From Chloroflexota bacterium (GTDB lineage Bacteria; Chloroflexota; Limnocylindria; Limnocylindrales; CSP1-4): 64,000 bases of DNA. The stretch covers positions 4,779 through 68,778 of the forward strand of contig JANYJG010000005.1 of assembly GCA_025358515.1 (NCBI GenBank), in the 5' to 3' direction. Position 1 is the first letter of the stretch; each line of letters starts with the position of its first letter. The translations under genes and the position numbers were made by a program. Below the pieces are notes generated by a model. It saw only the letters and a list, made by a program, of their open reading frames with translations, was not told the origin of the DNA and searched no databases. Below, piece by piece: positions 10,630-18,712 of the stretch.

Positions 10630-11487
10630 ATGAAACTTCTTGGAACGATCGGCCTAACAGCCTTCCTGGCTGTCTTCTTGACCGGACCGGCGCTTGCCGC
10701 GCAGGGTCAGGTCGGGCTTGGATCCGCCGATAGCTTTGCGGTCCTGGCGGCCTCGGCCATTACGAACACCGGGCCAACCACAATCACCGGCGACGTTGGG
10801 CTGCATCCGAAGACTGCGGTCACCGGCTTTGGCTCGGTGACACTGCATGGGGTCCAGCAAGTCGCCAACGCCGCCGCTCTTTCGGCGAAGAATTCGCTGG
10901 TCACCGCTTATAACGACGCGGCCGGACGGACGCCCAAGACCACCGTTGTAACAGAACTGGGCGGACAGAACCTCACCGCGGGCGCCTACGCAACAGCGGA
11001 TGGAACACTCCAGCTGACGGGCGGTCTCACCCTTAATGGCCAGGGAAATCCGAATGCGGTCTTCATCTTTGAGGCCGCCTCCAGTCTGACCACAGCGTCC
11101 GGCAGCACCGTGACTCTGATCAACCAAGCCCAGGCATGCAACGTGTTCTGGCGGGTCGGCAGTTCCGCGACTCTCGGCACGTCTACGCATTTTCAAGGCA
11201 ACATCCTGGCGTTGGCATCCATAACCATGACAACCGGCGCAACGCTGGTCGGCAGGGCTCTGGCGCGGAATGGTGCGGTCACGCTGGACACAAACGTGAT
11301 TACCCGAGCTGTGTGTGCGAGTTCTCTCGTCACGCCGTCGCCGGGCACTAGTAGCACTCCTCCTCCGACCAGTGGCAGCGATACTCAGGGGAGCGGTACG
11401 AACTCCTCGAACCTGCTCATCTTTGCCGGACTCGCCGCAGCAGCCGCCTTCGTGGCGGTCAAGCGCATGGATCCAACCAGACGCTAG
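10630..11487 (+). CDS. Secreted DUF3494 / ice-binding-like family protein with C-terminal TM anchor
   Basis: Signal peptide MKLLGTIGLTAFLAVFLTGPALA. Family-typical LGSADSFAVLAASAITNTGPTTITGDVGLHP and NAVFIFEAASSLTT...ACNVFWRVGSSATLGTSTHFQGNILA...GRALA. The tail is PPPTSGSDTQ...LLIFAGLAAAAAFVAVKRMDPTRR. Confidence 0.8.
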   Translation: MKLLGTIGLTAFLAVFLTGPALAAQGQVGLGSADSFAVLAASAITNTGPTTITGDVGLHPKTAVTGFGSVTLHGVQQVANAAALSAKNSLVTAYNDAAGRTPKTTVVTELGGQNLTAGAYATADGTLQLTGGLTLNGQGNPNAVFIFEAASSLTTASGSTVTLINQAQACNVFWRVGSSATLGTSTHFQGNILALASITMTTGATLVGRALARNGAVTLDTNVITRAVCASSLVTPSPGTSSTPPPTSGSDTQGSGTNSSNLLIFAGLAAAAAFVAVKRMDPTRR

Positions 11488-11516
11488 CCGACTTGCAGTT
11501 GTCCCGGTCAATGTCC

Positions 11517-11556
11517 GGACGGCACCCCCCCCACCTGGGTGCCGTCCGCTTTTTTG
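11517..11556 (+). terminator. Rho-independent terminator after the DUF3494 gene
   Basis: 11-bp perfect stem GGACGGCACCC / GGGTGCCGTCC with a 9-nt loop, followed by GCTTTTTTG. Confidence 0.85.
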
Positions 11557-11586
11557 TCCGGCTGGCGAACCGGCAAACGAACTGGA

Positions 11587-12258
11587 CTAGGCCTCGTCGT
11601 TCATGGTCGGCGAGGCCTCGGTAGCTGCGATGCTGGCGCCATCGTCTTCGGCCCGGGCACGATCGGCAGCGGCGTCCTCCGCCGCCACGCCCGCCGCGAC
11701 ATTCCCCCAGAATTCGACCGCGGCTCGTTCATAGAGGAGGCCCATGGGCAGGGTCACGCCGCGCCAGTGCTCGATGGCTCGGCTGGTGATGCCTTTGGCG
11801 TTGGCATCCTCGAACCTTTGCCCGGCCTCGTATTCGACAAGTTGCGCCCGGTGTTGGGCGAGCTGCTCCTGGGCGATCGCCAGCCTTGCTGTCGCGGGCT
11901 CGAGGTCGGCAAAGAAGAGCTGCAGCAACGCTATATCGCGCAGTTCGGTTGGCTGTCGGGCTGGATGGCCGAGCCAATCGCGGAGCGCTTGGCGGCCGGC
12001 GTCTGTCACAGAAAAGAGGCGCCGCCTCCGTCCGCCCTCTTCGCGCTCTTCAGTCAGAAATCCCAGGCCCATTAATCGCGCCGGTTCTTTGTACAGGAGT
12101 GCGTGGGGGAAGGACCAGAAGTGGCCAATCGTGGCTGCCACATGGCGCTTGAGGTCATATGGGGTGGACGGTCCCTCTCGGGCAACGAGGCCCAGCACGA
12201 GATAGGAGGTTGGCGTCAGCTGCGCTGGTTCAGAGGGTGGCCGTTCTGTTGACATCAT
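11587..12258 (-). CDS. PadR-family transcriptional regulator, copy 2
   Basis: MMSTERPPSEPAQLTPTSYLVLGLVAREGPSTPYDLKRHVAATIGHFWSFPHALLYKEPARL. Clearly paralogous to 9498..10109 along its whole length. Start taken at one of the tandem ATGs (12258/12255). Confidence 0.85.
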   Translation of the reverse strand: MMSTERPPSEPAQLTPTSYLVLGLVAREGPSTPYDLKRHVAATIGHFWSFPHALLYKEPARLMGLGFLTEEREEGGRRRRLFSVTDAGRQALRDWLGHPARQPTELRDIALLQLFFADLEPATARLAIAQEQLAQHRAQLVEYEAGQRFEDANAKGITSRAIEHWRGVTLPMGLLYERAAVEFWGNVAAGVAAEDAAADRARAEDDGASIAATEASPTMNDEA

Positions 12259-12265
12259 CCACACG

Positions 12266-12295
12266 TACCATATTCTACTTACGGCTTCACAGTTG
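12266..12295. promoter_or_regulatory. Conserved divergent-promoter/operator motif, copy 2 (TACCATAT-N12-TTCACAGTTG)
   Basis: See copy 1. The blocks are identical and the spacing differs by 1 nt. Confidence 0.45.
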
Positions 12296-12346
12296 CTATT
12301 GCCAGATAGGTGAAGCAGATCTGCGAACCTTCAAAGGATCAACGAT

Positions 12347-12613
12347 ATGGGCATATTCGCATGGATCGTGGTTGGAGCAATAGCCGGCTTCATTGCCACG
12401 CTCATTACGGGCGACCGTGAGGGTATCCTCATGACGATCATCCTCGGGATCGTCGGCGGCCTTGTGGGCGGCTACCTCGCCACCAACGTCTTCCATTACG
12501 GCAAGGTAGACGGGATTAACTTCGAGAGCACAGTTATCGCGATTGCCGGAGCACTCGTCGTTATTGTCATCTGGAACGCTCTCACTCGACGCTCAGGCCG
12601 CTCGCGCGGATAG
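12347..12613 (+). CDS. GlsB/YeaQ/YmgE-family (transglycosylase-associated) stress membrane protein
   Basis: MGIFAWIVVGAIAGFIATLITGDREGILMTIILGIVGGLVGGYLA is the hallmark N-terminus and size (88 aa) of this family. Confidence 0.85.
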   Translation: MGIFAWIVVGAIAGFIATLITGDREGILMTIILGIVGGLVGGYLATNVFHYGKVDGINFESTVIAIAGALVVIVIWNALTRRSGRSRG

Positions 12614-12720
12614 CACCCGAGCCGCGTCACGTCCCTCACTCACCTCACGTTAGGCGCAGCCCCCGTCATTTCTCCTGGGTCAACCTAACCTCCCAGGGCC
12701 CACCTCTGAAGGACTCATAC

Positions 12721-12870
12721 ATGCTCAAGAGCAACAAGTCCATCCTCATCCTCGTGGCCTGCATCTGCTTCGCGATCGGCGCGCTCACCACCGCCGGAAT
12801 TCTCTCCCTCGGCAAGATCGGCTGGACCGACCTGGGCCTCTTCTTCGGCTTCCTCGCCTTCATCTTCTAA
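12721..12870 (+). CDS. 49-aa two-TM small membrane protein (not in the ORF track, below its length cutoff)
   Basis: ATG at 12721 preceded by GAAGGA. Translates to MLKSNKSILILVACICFAIGALTTAGILSLGKIGWTDLGLFFGFLAFIF*. Nearly every codon ends in G/C, as in real genes here. The opposite-strand track ORF 12666..12863 is Arg/Pro-rich junk. Confidence 0.6.
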   Translation: MLKSNKSILILVACICFAIGALTTAGILSLGKIGWTDLGLFFGFLAFIF

Positions 12871-13337
12871 TCCGCCTGCCCGGCGAAGAGGCCTGGCGGC
12901 GCGGGGTGACGGTGAGAGTAGTGGATGCCGTTCGCTTTGCGGGCCAGGCGCTCCGGCGCAAGAGGCTTGGCGAGCAGGTGGATCGGGTGGCCTACCGGAT
13001 CGCGGAAGGCATTATTCGTGTCGGCGTGGCCGGACATCAGAAGAAGACGCGCCGACGGTCGAATTGCCTGCATTCGAACCGTCGTCCCCTGGCCCACTTC
13101 ACTGTGTGCCCGGACCGAGGCCGGGTGCCCCTGTCCTGCCGTCAGGTTGACCAGGAGTTGCTGCATCTGTCCGGGATCCGCCTCCGCGATCCCCAGGCCA
13201 GGATCCAGCTCCACGACGATCTCGATGTCCTCACCCAGGATCCTGCGAAGCACCTCTGGCGATCCGTTGACGGCCGCGCTCAGGTCTGCAGACACGCAGC
13301 GTGCCGAGCGAATGGGCCTGGCGCAACAGAGGTTCAA
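12867..13337 (-). pseudogene. Remnant of a hybrid sensor histidine kinase (partial HATPase plus tail of a receiver domain)
   Basis: LRRILGEDIEIVVELDPGLGIAEADPGQMQQLLVNL matches the region before the N-box. It then jumps to a G2-box-like SEVGQGTTV, then to a receiver C-terminus LLLMSGHAD...HLLAKPLAPERLARK. The H-box, N/G1 boxes and the receiver Asp region are missing. Confidence 0.5.
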
Positions 13338-13411
13338 TCGTCGCCCCGCCGCAGCGTCGCTATCCCTGAGGCAACCTCGGCCGACTCGACTTAGCAGAGA
13401 GGTCTTCTGGT

Positions 13412-14011
13412 ATGGATCCGGAACCGGAACAACCAGTCCTGGCTTACAGGATCGCCGAGATGAGCGGCATGGACACGATAGATAGCTGCCGCATTCGGCT
13501 GCTCTCGCTGCGAGCGCGCGTCGAGATCAACTGGCCGACGGCGGGGGGCATTCTCCGCCGCAACAAAGGCCTTGGAAAGGACACAGAGGCAACGATCGCT
13601 GATCTGCTGGTCGCGCTTCCCAGTCCCCTACCGCTTGCTGCCGGTGAACCCCCTTTGCCCATCATCACCGATACCGACACCGACCTGAGGGCCGTGGCTG
13701 GACGGGCCGTGGATGCCGCTCTCGCCCTGCTCGTCGGAAACTCGCTTGACGCGGTGTATCCGGGCGAGGTAAGGATGTTGGAGAGCTACCGACCCGGGGC
13801 TCGGGAACCAATTCTCGTCGATCAGCCGACGGTCGGCCTCTTGGTGGCCACGATAATCGGCACGCTCGACGCCATCTCCGAGCGACTCGGGCCCATCGTG
13901 CCACCGCGAGCTCCGGTGGACGGATCCTCGCCTGTTGCCCTGAAGAGTCCGACGCACGGAAAGGCAGCCAAAGATTCCAGAAAGGGAGGGACCGGTGTCC
14001 GCCGTCCATGA
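13412..14011 (+). CDS. Hypothetical protein (199 aa), overlaps the pncB start by 17 nt
   Basis: An ATG-initiated ORF with moderate coding-like codon bias. I recognise no motif in it. The antisense track ORF is clearly spurious. Confidence 0.35.
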   Translation: MDPEPEQPVLAYRIAEMSGMDTIDSCRIRLLSLRARVEINWPTAGGILRRNKGLGKDTEATIADLLVALPSPLPLAAGEPPLPIITDTDTDLRAVAGRAVDAALALLVGNSLDAVYPGEVRMLESYRPGAREPILVDQPTVGLLVATIIGTLDAISERLGPIVPPRAPVDGSSPVALKSPTHGKAAKDSRKGGTGVRRP

Positions 14012-15479
14012 GCTGTATAAGCCCAATCTGGCGACCTTGACGGACTTGTATGAGCTGACAATGGGCGCCGGCTACGAGGCAACCGGCCTGGCCGATCGCG
14101 AGGCCGTCTTCTCGTTGAGCTTCAGAAGCCTCCCATTCGGCGGCGGCTACGCGGTTGCCGCGGGCCTGGACGACGCCCTGGACATCCTGGAACATCTGCG
14201 ATTCGACGAGGTCGACATCGCGTATCTTCGAACTCTTCGGACGGCCGCCGAGAGGCCGATGTTCGCGGAACCATTCCTGGCCAGGCTGGCAGCCATGCGT
14301 TTCTCCTGCGACGTCGATGCCATAGCCGAGGGAACGCTCGTCTTCCCGAACGAGCCGCTGGTGCGGATCCGCGGGCCTCTCATCCAGGGTCAATTGGTGG
14401 AAAGCGTGCTCCTGACAGTTGTCGGTTTCCAGACCCTGGTAGCCACCAAGGCGGCCCGCGTGGTTGAGTCTGCCGGCGACGCGAACGTGCTCGAATTCGG
14501 ACTCAGGCGCGCCCAGGGTCCCGACGGAGCGCTTTCGGCGGCCAGGGCGGCGTACATCGGCGGCGTCGCGGCCACCTCCAACGTGTTGGCGGGACGGCTC
14601 TACGGGATCCCCGTTCGCGGCACCCATGCCCACAGCTGGGTACAGGTCTTTGACGACGAACAGCGTGCCTTTGACGCCTACGCGGACGCCCAGCCTGGCA
14701 ACGTCACGCTGCTGGTCGATACCTACGATTCGCTCGAGGGCGTGAAGCACGCCATTCAAACAGGGCAACGTCTGCGCGAGCGGGGCGAATCACTGGCCGG
14801 TATCCGCTTGGACTCCGGCGACCTGGCATACCTCTCGATAGAAGCTCGCCGCATGCTCGATGAGGCTGGCTTCGCCGACACGAAGATCGTTGCCTCAAAT
14901 GACCTCGACGAGCACACGATTGCGTCCTTGCGCGCGCAGGGGGCCCGGATCGACGTATGGGGCGTCGGGACGAGGCTCGACACGTGCTTCGATCAGCCGG
15001 CGCTGGGGGCGGTTTACAAGCTCACCGCCTTCTGCGATCCGGATCGCGGCTGGCGCTACCCAGTCAAGCTTTCCGAGCACACCGCGAAGATCTCCATACC
15101 CGGCGTGCTGGGAGTCCGACGCTTCCTCGACCGGACCGGGCGCCTCCGAGCCGACATGATCTATGACGAGGACCTCACCGGCGACGACTCCGGAAACGTG
15201 ATCGTGGATCCGGCTGATGCGCTCCACATGCGAGTTGTCGAGCCGGAGTGGCTGCCCGAAGAGCTCGTCCTGCCGGTCATGCGCGACGGCAAGCGACTCG
15301 CGCCCTCCCCCACCCTGGACGAGATCCGGACGCGGGCCCGAGCCCAGATCGGCAGCCTGCACCCGGCCATCCGGCGCCTGCTCAACCCGCACATCTACCC
15401 GGTGGGCCTGGAGCGGCGGCTCCACGAGCGACGCACCCGGCAGGTCCTCGACCGAAGGCAAGGCCGACCGACTTCCTGA
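13995..15479 (+). CDS. pncB: Nicotinate phosphoribosyltransferase
   Basis: N-terminal LATLTDLYELTMGAGY and GTHAHSWVQ are NAPRT family hallmarks. GTG start is preceded by GGGAGGG. Confidence 0.88.
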   Translation: MSAVHELYKPNLATLTDLYELTMGAGYEATGLADREAVFSLSFRSLPFGGGYAVAAGLDDALDILEHLRFDEVDIAYLRTLRTAAERPMFAEPFLARLAAMRFSCDVDAIAEGTLVFPNEPLVRIRGPLIQGQLVESVLLTVVGFQTLVATKAARVVESAGDANVLEFGLRRAQGPDGALSAARAAYIGGVAATSNVLAGRLYGIPVRGTHAHSWVQVFDDEQRAFDAYADAQPGNVTLLVDTYDSLEGVKHAIQTGQRLRERGESLAGIRLDSGDLAYLSIEARRMLDEAGFADTKIVASNDLDEHTIASLRAQGARIDVWGVGTRLDTCFDQPALGAVYKLTAFCDPDRGWRYPVKLSEHTAKISIPGVLGVRRFLDRTGRLRADMIYDEDLTGDDSGNVIVDPADALHMRVVEPEWLPEELVLPVMRDGKRLAPSPTLDEIRTRARAQIGSLHPAIRRLLNPHIYPVGLERRLHERRTRQVLDRRQGRPTS

Positions 15480-15660
15480 CGCAACGACAAGCGGCGAGCC
15501 AGCGTGTCGCCACGTCGGCCCGCCGCAATTTGCTACGGGAAACCTAGTTCACACGATTGGGTCGCTCACTCAACCCGATGAGTTGGTGGAGCGGCCGACG
15601 ACGACAAGGACGGCGGACCGACGCAACCGATACGCCGTCCCGCTGTCCTCGGCCTTCTAC

Positions 15661-16554
15661 TTACGCTCGGTCTCTAAGCGACTTTATGGCAATCATCCCC
15701 AACAGGCCGGACAACCCGAACAGCAGGAGGGGAAGCGTCGGCACGCCGTTGCTGGGCTGGTTCTGCGTGTCCCCGGTCGCGGTGGGCGGCGGAGTCGCGG
15801 TCGGCCCGGAAGTCTCGCCTTGGACCGACTGGAACGGCGTCGGCGATACAGACGGGGTGGCAGTCTCGCCTTGGACCGACTGGAACGGCGTCGGCGATAC
15901 AGACGGCGTCGGCGATGTGGACGGCGTCGGCGACACAAACGGAGTGGCAGTCTCGCCCTGGAACGACTGGCCGGGCGTAGGCGATGCAGACGGCGTCGGC
16001 GATGCGGACGGGGTGGGTTCCATTACCACTACCGTCGCACAGCGAACCCGAGGATCGCCGTTCTGGTCGACGGAATTGTCAACGTTCCGACCTTTTCCAC
16101 CGGCTTGCAGGCTGTGGTAGCCGGTAGATTTGAATGGTTTGACCTGACCCAGATCGTATATGAGAACGCAGACCGTGTATGGGCCAGCCGCTGCATAAGT
16201 GTGATCCACCGGACCCCAAGTCCCGCTGGGTCCTTGGGCTGGAGACGTGGGCTGCATTACGACGTTCGTGGTCGAAGTTCCGTCACCGATGTGATAGATG
16301 CCAACAGCGTTACCGCTGGCCACGTCGCCCCAGTCGATCGCGAAACCCGTATAGCTGAGTTTCTTGGCCGAAGCCATTTCCGCCCAGGACCAACTGCCCG
16401 AGGCGTGTACGGTCAATCCGCTCTGGGTCACGCTGATCGCATTCGGGTTTCCGGACCCGGCGTTGACCATCCCCACCGCAAGCAGTGCCAGGGAGAGACT
16501 CATGAGCCCGGCCCCGAGTCTCGCGACTCGCCGTCGGGAGGGCTGCGATGGCAT
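15661..16554 (-). CDS. Secreted, C-terminally anchored surface protein with Pro/Thr/Ser tandem repeats
   Basis: Track ORF 15661..16821 trimmed to the ATG at 16554, which has a perfect GGAGG 6 nt upstream. Signal peptide MPSQPSRRRVARLGAGLMSLSLALLAVGMVNA (possibly Tat-like RR). A PKD-like HTYAAAGPYTVCV follows, then SPTP repeats, then the tail GDTQNQPSNGVPTLPLLLFGLSGLLGMIAIKSLRDRA. Confidence 0.75.
   Translation of the reverse strand: MPSQPSRRRVARLGAGLMSLSLALLAVGMVNAGSGNPNAISVTQSGLTVHASGSWSWAEMASAKKLSYTGFAIDWGDVASGNAVGIYHIGDGTSTTNVVMQPTSPAQGPSGTWGPVDHTYAAAGPYTVCVLIYDLGQVKPFKSTGYHSLQAGGKGRNVDNSVDQNGDPRVRCATVVVMEPTPSASPTPSASPTPGQSFQGETATPFVSPTPSTSPTPSVSPTPFQSVQGETATPSVSPTPFQSVQGETSGPTATPPPTATGDTQNQPSNGVPTLPLLLFGLSGLLGMIAIKSLRDRA
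15812..16020 (-). repeat. In-frame 51-nt tandem repeats (17-aa SPTPFQSVQGETATPSV units) with nested 18-nt sub-repeats
   Basis: Unit starts are read at 15812, 15863 and 15950 (gtctcgccttggaccgactggaacggcgtcggcgatacagacgg...). The second unit is expanded by gacggcgtcggcgatg-type 18-mers. Confidence 0.85.
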
Positions 16555-16765
16555 GACTACCTCCTGCAGCGCCGGGTCCGAACGGACCACCGATGGTGCG
16601 CTGACGAATAGACGCCACACTACCCGTCCCGACCGTGAATTTGGGTGGCGTGTCGGCCTGTGCGGTGGCAGGTGCGCTGCGCGCAACAAGCCCAATGTCG
16701 CGGCCGACGCCTCCCCAGCAATTGGTATCCGCGATCCCTTCGCGGCCGACTTTGACGCTGGTCCC

Positions 16766-18667
16766 CTACTCCCCCAGATGAAGCTCGATCGTGGCGTCGG
16801 TGCCGACCGCTCGTTCGGCATCGGCCTGGGCTATGACCTCGGAGATCGCCTCCGCCATTTCATCCACTTCTGTCCGAGCCGTGGAATCGATCAAGAGCTC
16901 GTCCAGGAGTTCGTCGAGGGCCATTTCGGTCGGCGCCGCGAGCGTTGGTGCACCAGCTTGCGGGCCACCTACTACGTCAACGAGCAGTTCGTCCGGCGTC
17001 GTCCAACGCGCGCCGATCGCCAAATGGATTACCGCTGGTCGGCCGGCTTCCAGGGCCCGTCTCAAAGCCGGCTCCAGGTCCTCGTCGCGATCCACCGTCA
17101 GGCCCAACGCCCCGCACGCGGTAGCCAGCGCAGCAAAGTCGATGTGCCCCGGTCGCGTGGCCAGGCCGGGCCGACCGCCTTGCATTGCCTGCTGCCGCCA
17201 CATCGAGCCGTAGCGGCCGTTGTCAAAGACGATCGCCAACACGTGGGCCCGTTCGCGTACCGCCGTCTCCAGCTCGGCCATCGTCATCGCGAAGCCATCC
17301 TCCCCGGCCAGCGCCACCGCCAGCTTCCCGGGCCGGGCCAGGGACGCCGCGATTGCCGCGGGCAGGCCGTAGCCCGTCGCCCCGGACGTCGGCCCCAGAA
17401 ACGTGCCGGGCCGGTGGAATCGGAAACAGCGCGCCGCCCACGTCCCGAAGTCGCCGACATCCGTGGTCAGGATGGCCTCCTTTGGCAAGACCCGAGCCAG
17501 CGTCATCACCGCGTGTCCTGGATGGACGCCGGTGCCGTCCCAGGGCTCGTCGCCCACGACCGCGCCCGCCTCGTACGCGGCACGGTCCACGGCATTCGCG
17601 GCCTTGCGCTCATCCAGGCTGGCGGCGTCAAACGCAGCACGCATCAGGACGCGCTGTCCTACTCGCAGGAATGCGGCAGCGTCCGCGGCGATCAGGATGT
17701 CCGCTCGATGATCGACGCTGCCGCCGCGTGGCTCAAGGTCCACGTGGGCCCATCGGGTTGACGGGCCGGGGATGGTATAGCCGTAGGTGGTGATCTCATT
17801 GAGGCGGCAACCCAGCACCAGGATCGCGTCCGCTTCCTGGAGCCGGCGCTGCACGGTCGCTGAGGCGCCAAGCCCTGCCGAACCGAGGAAGAGCGGATTG
17901 TCATTGGGGAAAACGTCCGGCCGGCGCCATGACGCGATGACCGGCACGTGGATTAGTTCGGCAAATCGGACCAGCGCATCCGTGCTCCGGGCCCGCAGCA
18001 CACCGGCACCGGCCAGGATGACCGGCCGCTGCGCATCCGTAAGCAGGTGCAGGACCTTCCGAACAAGGGTCGGGTCCGGCTCGGCTTGATGCTCCGGATG
18101 AACGAGGGCAGACGGATGTGGACGATCCATTCGGACCGTGACCGACGCCTCGAGTACGTCCTCCGGAATCGACAGCAGCACGGGACCCGGCCTGCCTCGG
18201 ACGGCGGCCACAATCGCCTTCTCGACCATGACCTCGGCGTCAGCGGGATCGTGGATCTCTCCTGCCCACTTGACGATCGGGTCGAAGGCCGCGACCAGAT
18301 CCATCTCCTGAAAGGACTCGCGTCCCTGCACGTCACGCCGAACCTGGCCCACGACGGCAATGACGGGCGACGAGTCTGCCCTTGCGGACAGCAGGCCGAT
18401 GGCGAGGTTCGCGGCGCCTGGACCTCGCGTAACCACGCACACCGCGGGCCGGCCCGTCAGTTGACCGACCGCCGCCGCCATGAATCCTGCGCCGCCCTCG
18501 TGCCGGGCCGCGACCACACGGATATGGTTCGCCGACAACGCTTCCAGAAGACCTACCACGCTCACGCCCGGAACCGTGAAGGCCATCTTCACGCCCGCCC
18601 GGGCAAACGCTTCGGCCAGGATGTCGCCGACCTTGACGATTGCGACCTGGTCTTGCGGCATCGACAT
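16766..18667 (-). CDS. Thiamine-diphosphate-dependent enzyme (acetolactate synthase large-subunit-like family) with an acidic C-terminal extension
   Basis: TPP_enzyme N-terminus (VVAARHEGGAGFMAAAVGQLTGRPAVCVVTRGPGAANL). TPP-binding motif GEDGFAM...DNGRYG. There are about 70 extra acidic residues at the C-terminus. Specific function not assignable. Confidence 0.75.
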   Translation of the reverse strand: MSMPQDQVAIVKVGDILAEAFARAGVKMAFTVPGVSVVGLLEALSANHIRVVAARHEGGAGFMAAAVGQLTGRPAVCVVTRGPGAANLAIGLLSARADSSPVIAVVGQVRRDVQGRESFQEMDLVAAFDPIVKWAGEIHDPADAEVMVEKAIVAAVRGRPGPVLLSIPEDVLEASVTVRMDRPHPSALVHPEHQAEPDPTLVRKVLHLLTDAQRPVILAGAGVLRARSTDALVRFAELIHVPVIASWRRPDVFPNDNPLFLGSAGLGASATVQRRLQEADAILVLGCRLNEITTYGYTIPGPSTRWAHVDLEPRGGSVDHRADILIAADAAAFLRVGQRVLMRAAFDAASLDERKAANAVDRAAYEAGAVVGDEPWDGTGVHPGHAVMTLARVLPKEAILTTDVGDFGTWAARCFRFHRPGTFLGPTSGATGYGLPAAIAASLARPGKLAVALAGEDGFAMTMAELETAVRERAHVLAIVFDNGRYGSMWRQQAMQGGRPGLATRPGHIDFAALATACGALGLTVDRDEDLEPALRRALEAGRPAVIHLAIGARWTTPDELLVDVVGGPQAGAPTLAAPTEMALDELLDELLIDSTARTEVDEMAEAISEVIAQADAERAVGTDATIELHLGE

Positions 18668-18712
18668 TCCCGTACTCCTTGCGATCGGCGCGCCGGCAAT
18701 GCCGGGCGACTC

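Noticed and set aside
12666-12863. 65-aa minus-strand track ORF.
   Set aside because: It is basic and low-complexity, with poor third-position bias. The plus-strand 49-aa hydrophobic ORF with an SD explains the region better.
13053-13084. GGTCGAAT...ATTCGAACC hairpin reminiscent of a tRNA T-arm or att-site fragment.
   Set aside because: No acceptor, D or anticodon arms can be drawn around it. It lies inside the kinase remnant. It is kept only as a possible deletion footprint.
15812-16020. Regularly spaced repeats, considered as a possible CRISPR array.
   Set aside because: The units are directly adjacent (no spacers), lie in frame within a secreted-protein ORF, and encode Pro/Thr/Ser repeats. 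No cas genes are present. This is a coding minisatellite, not CRISPR.
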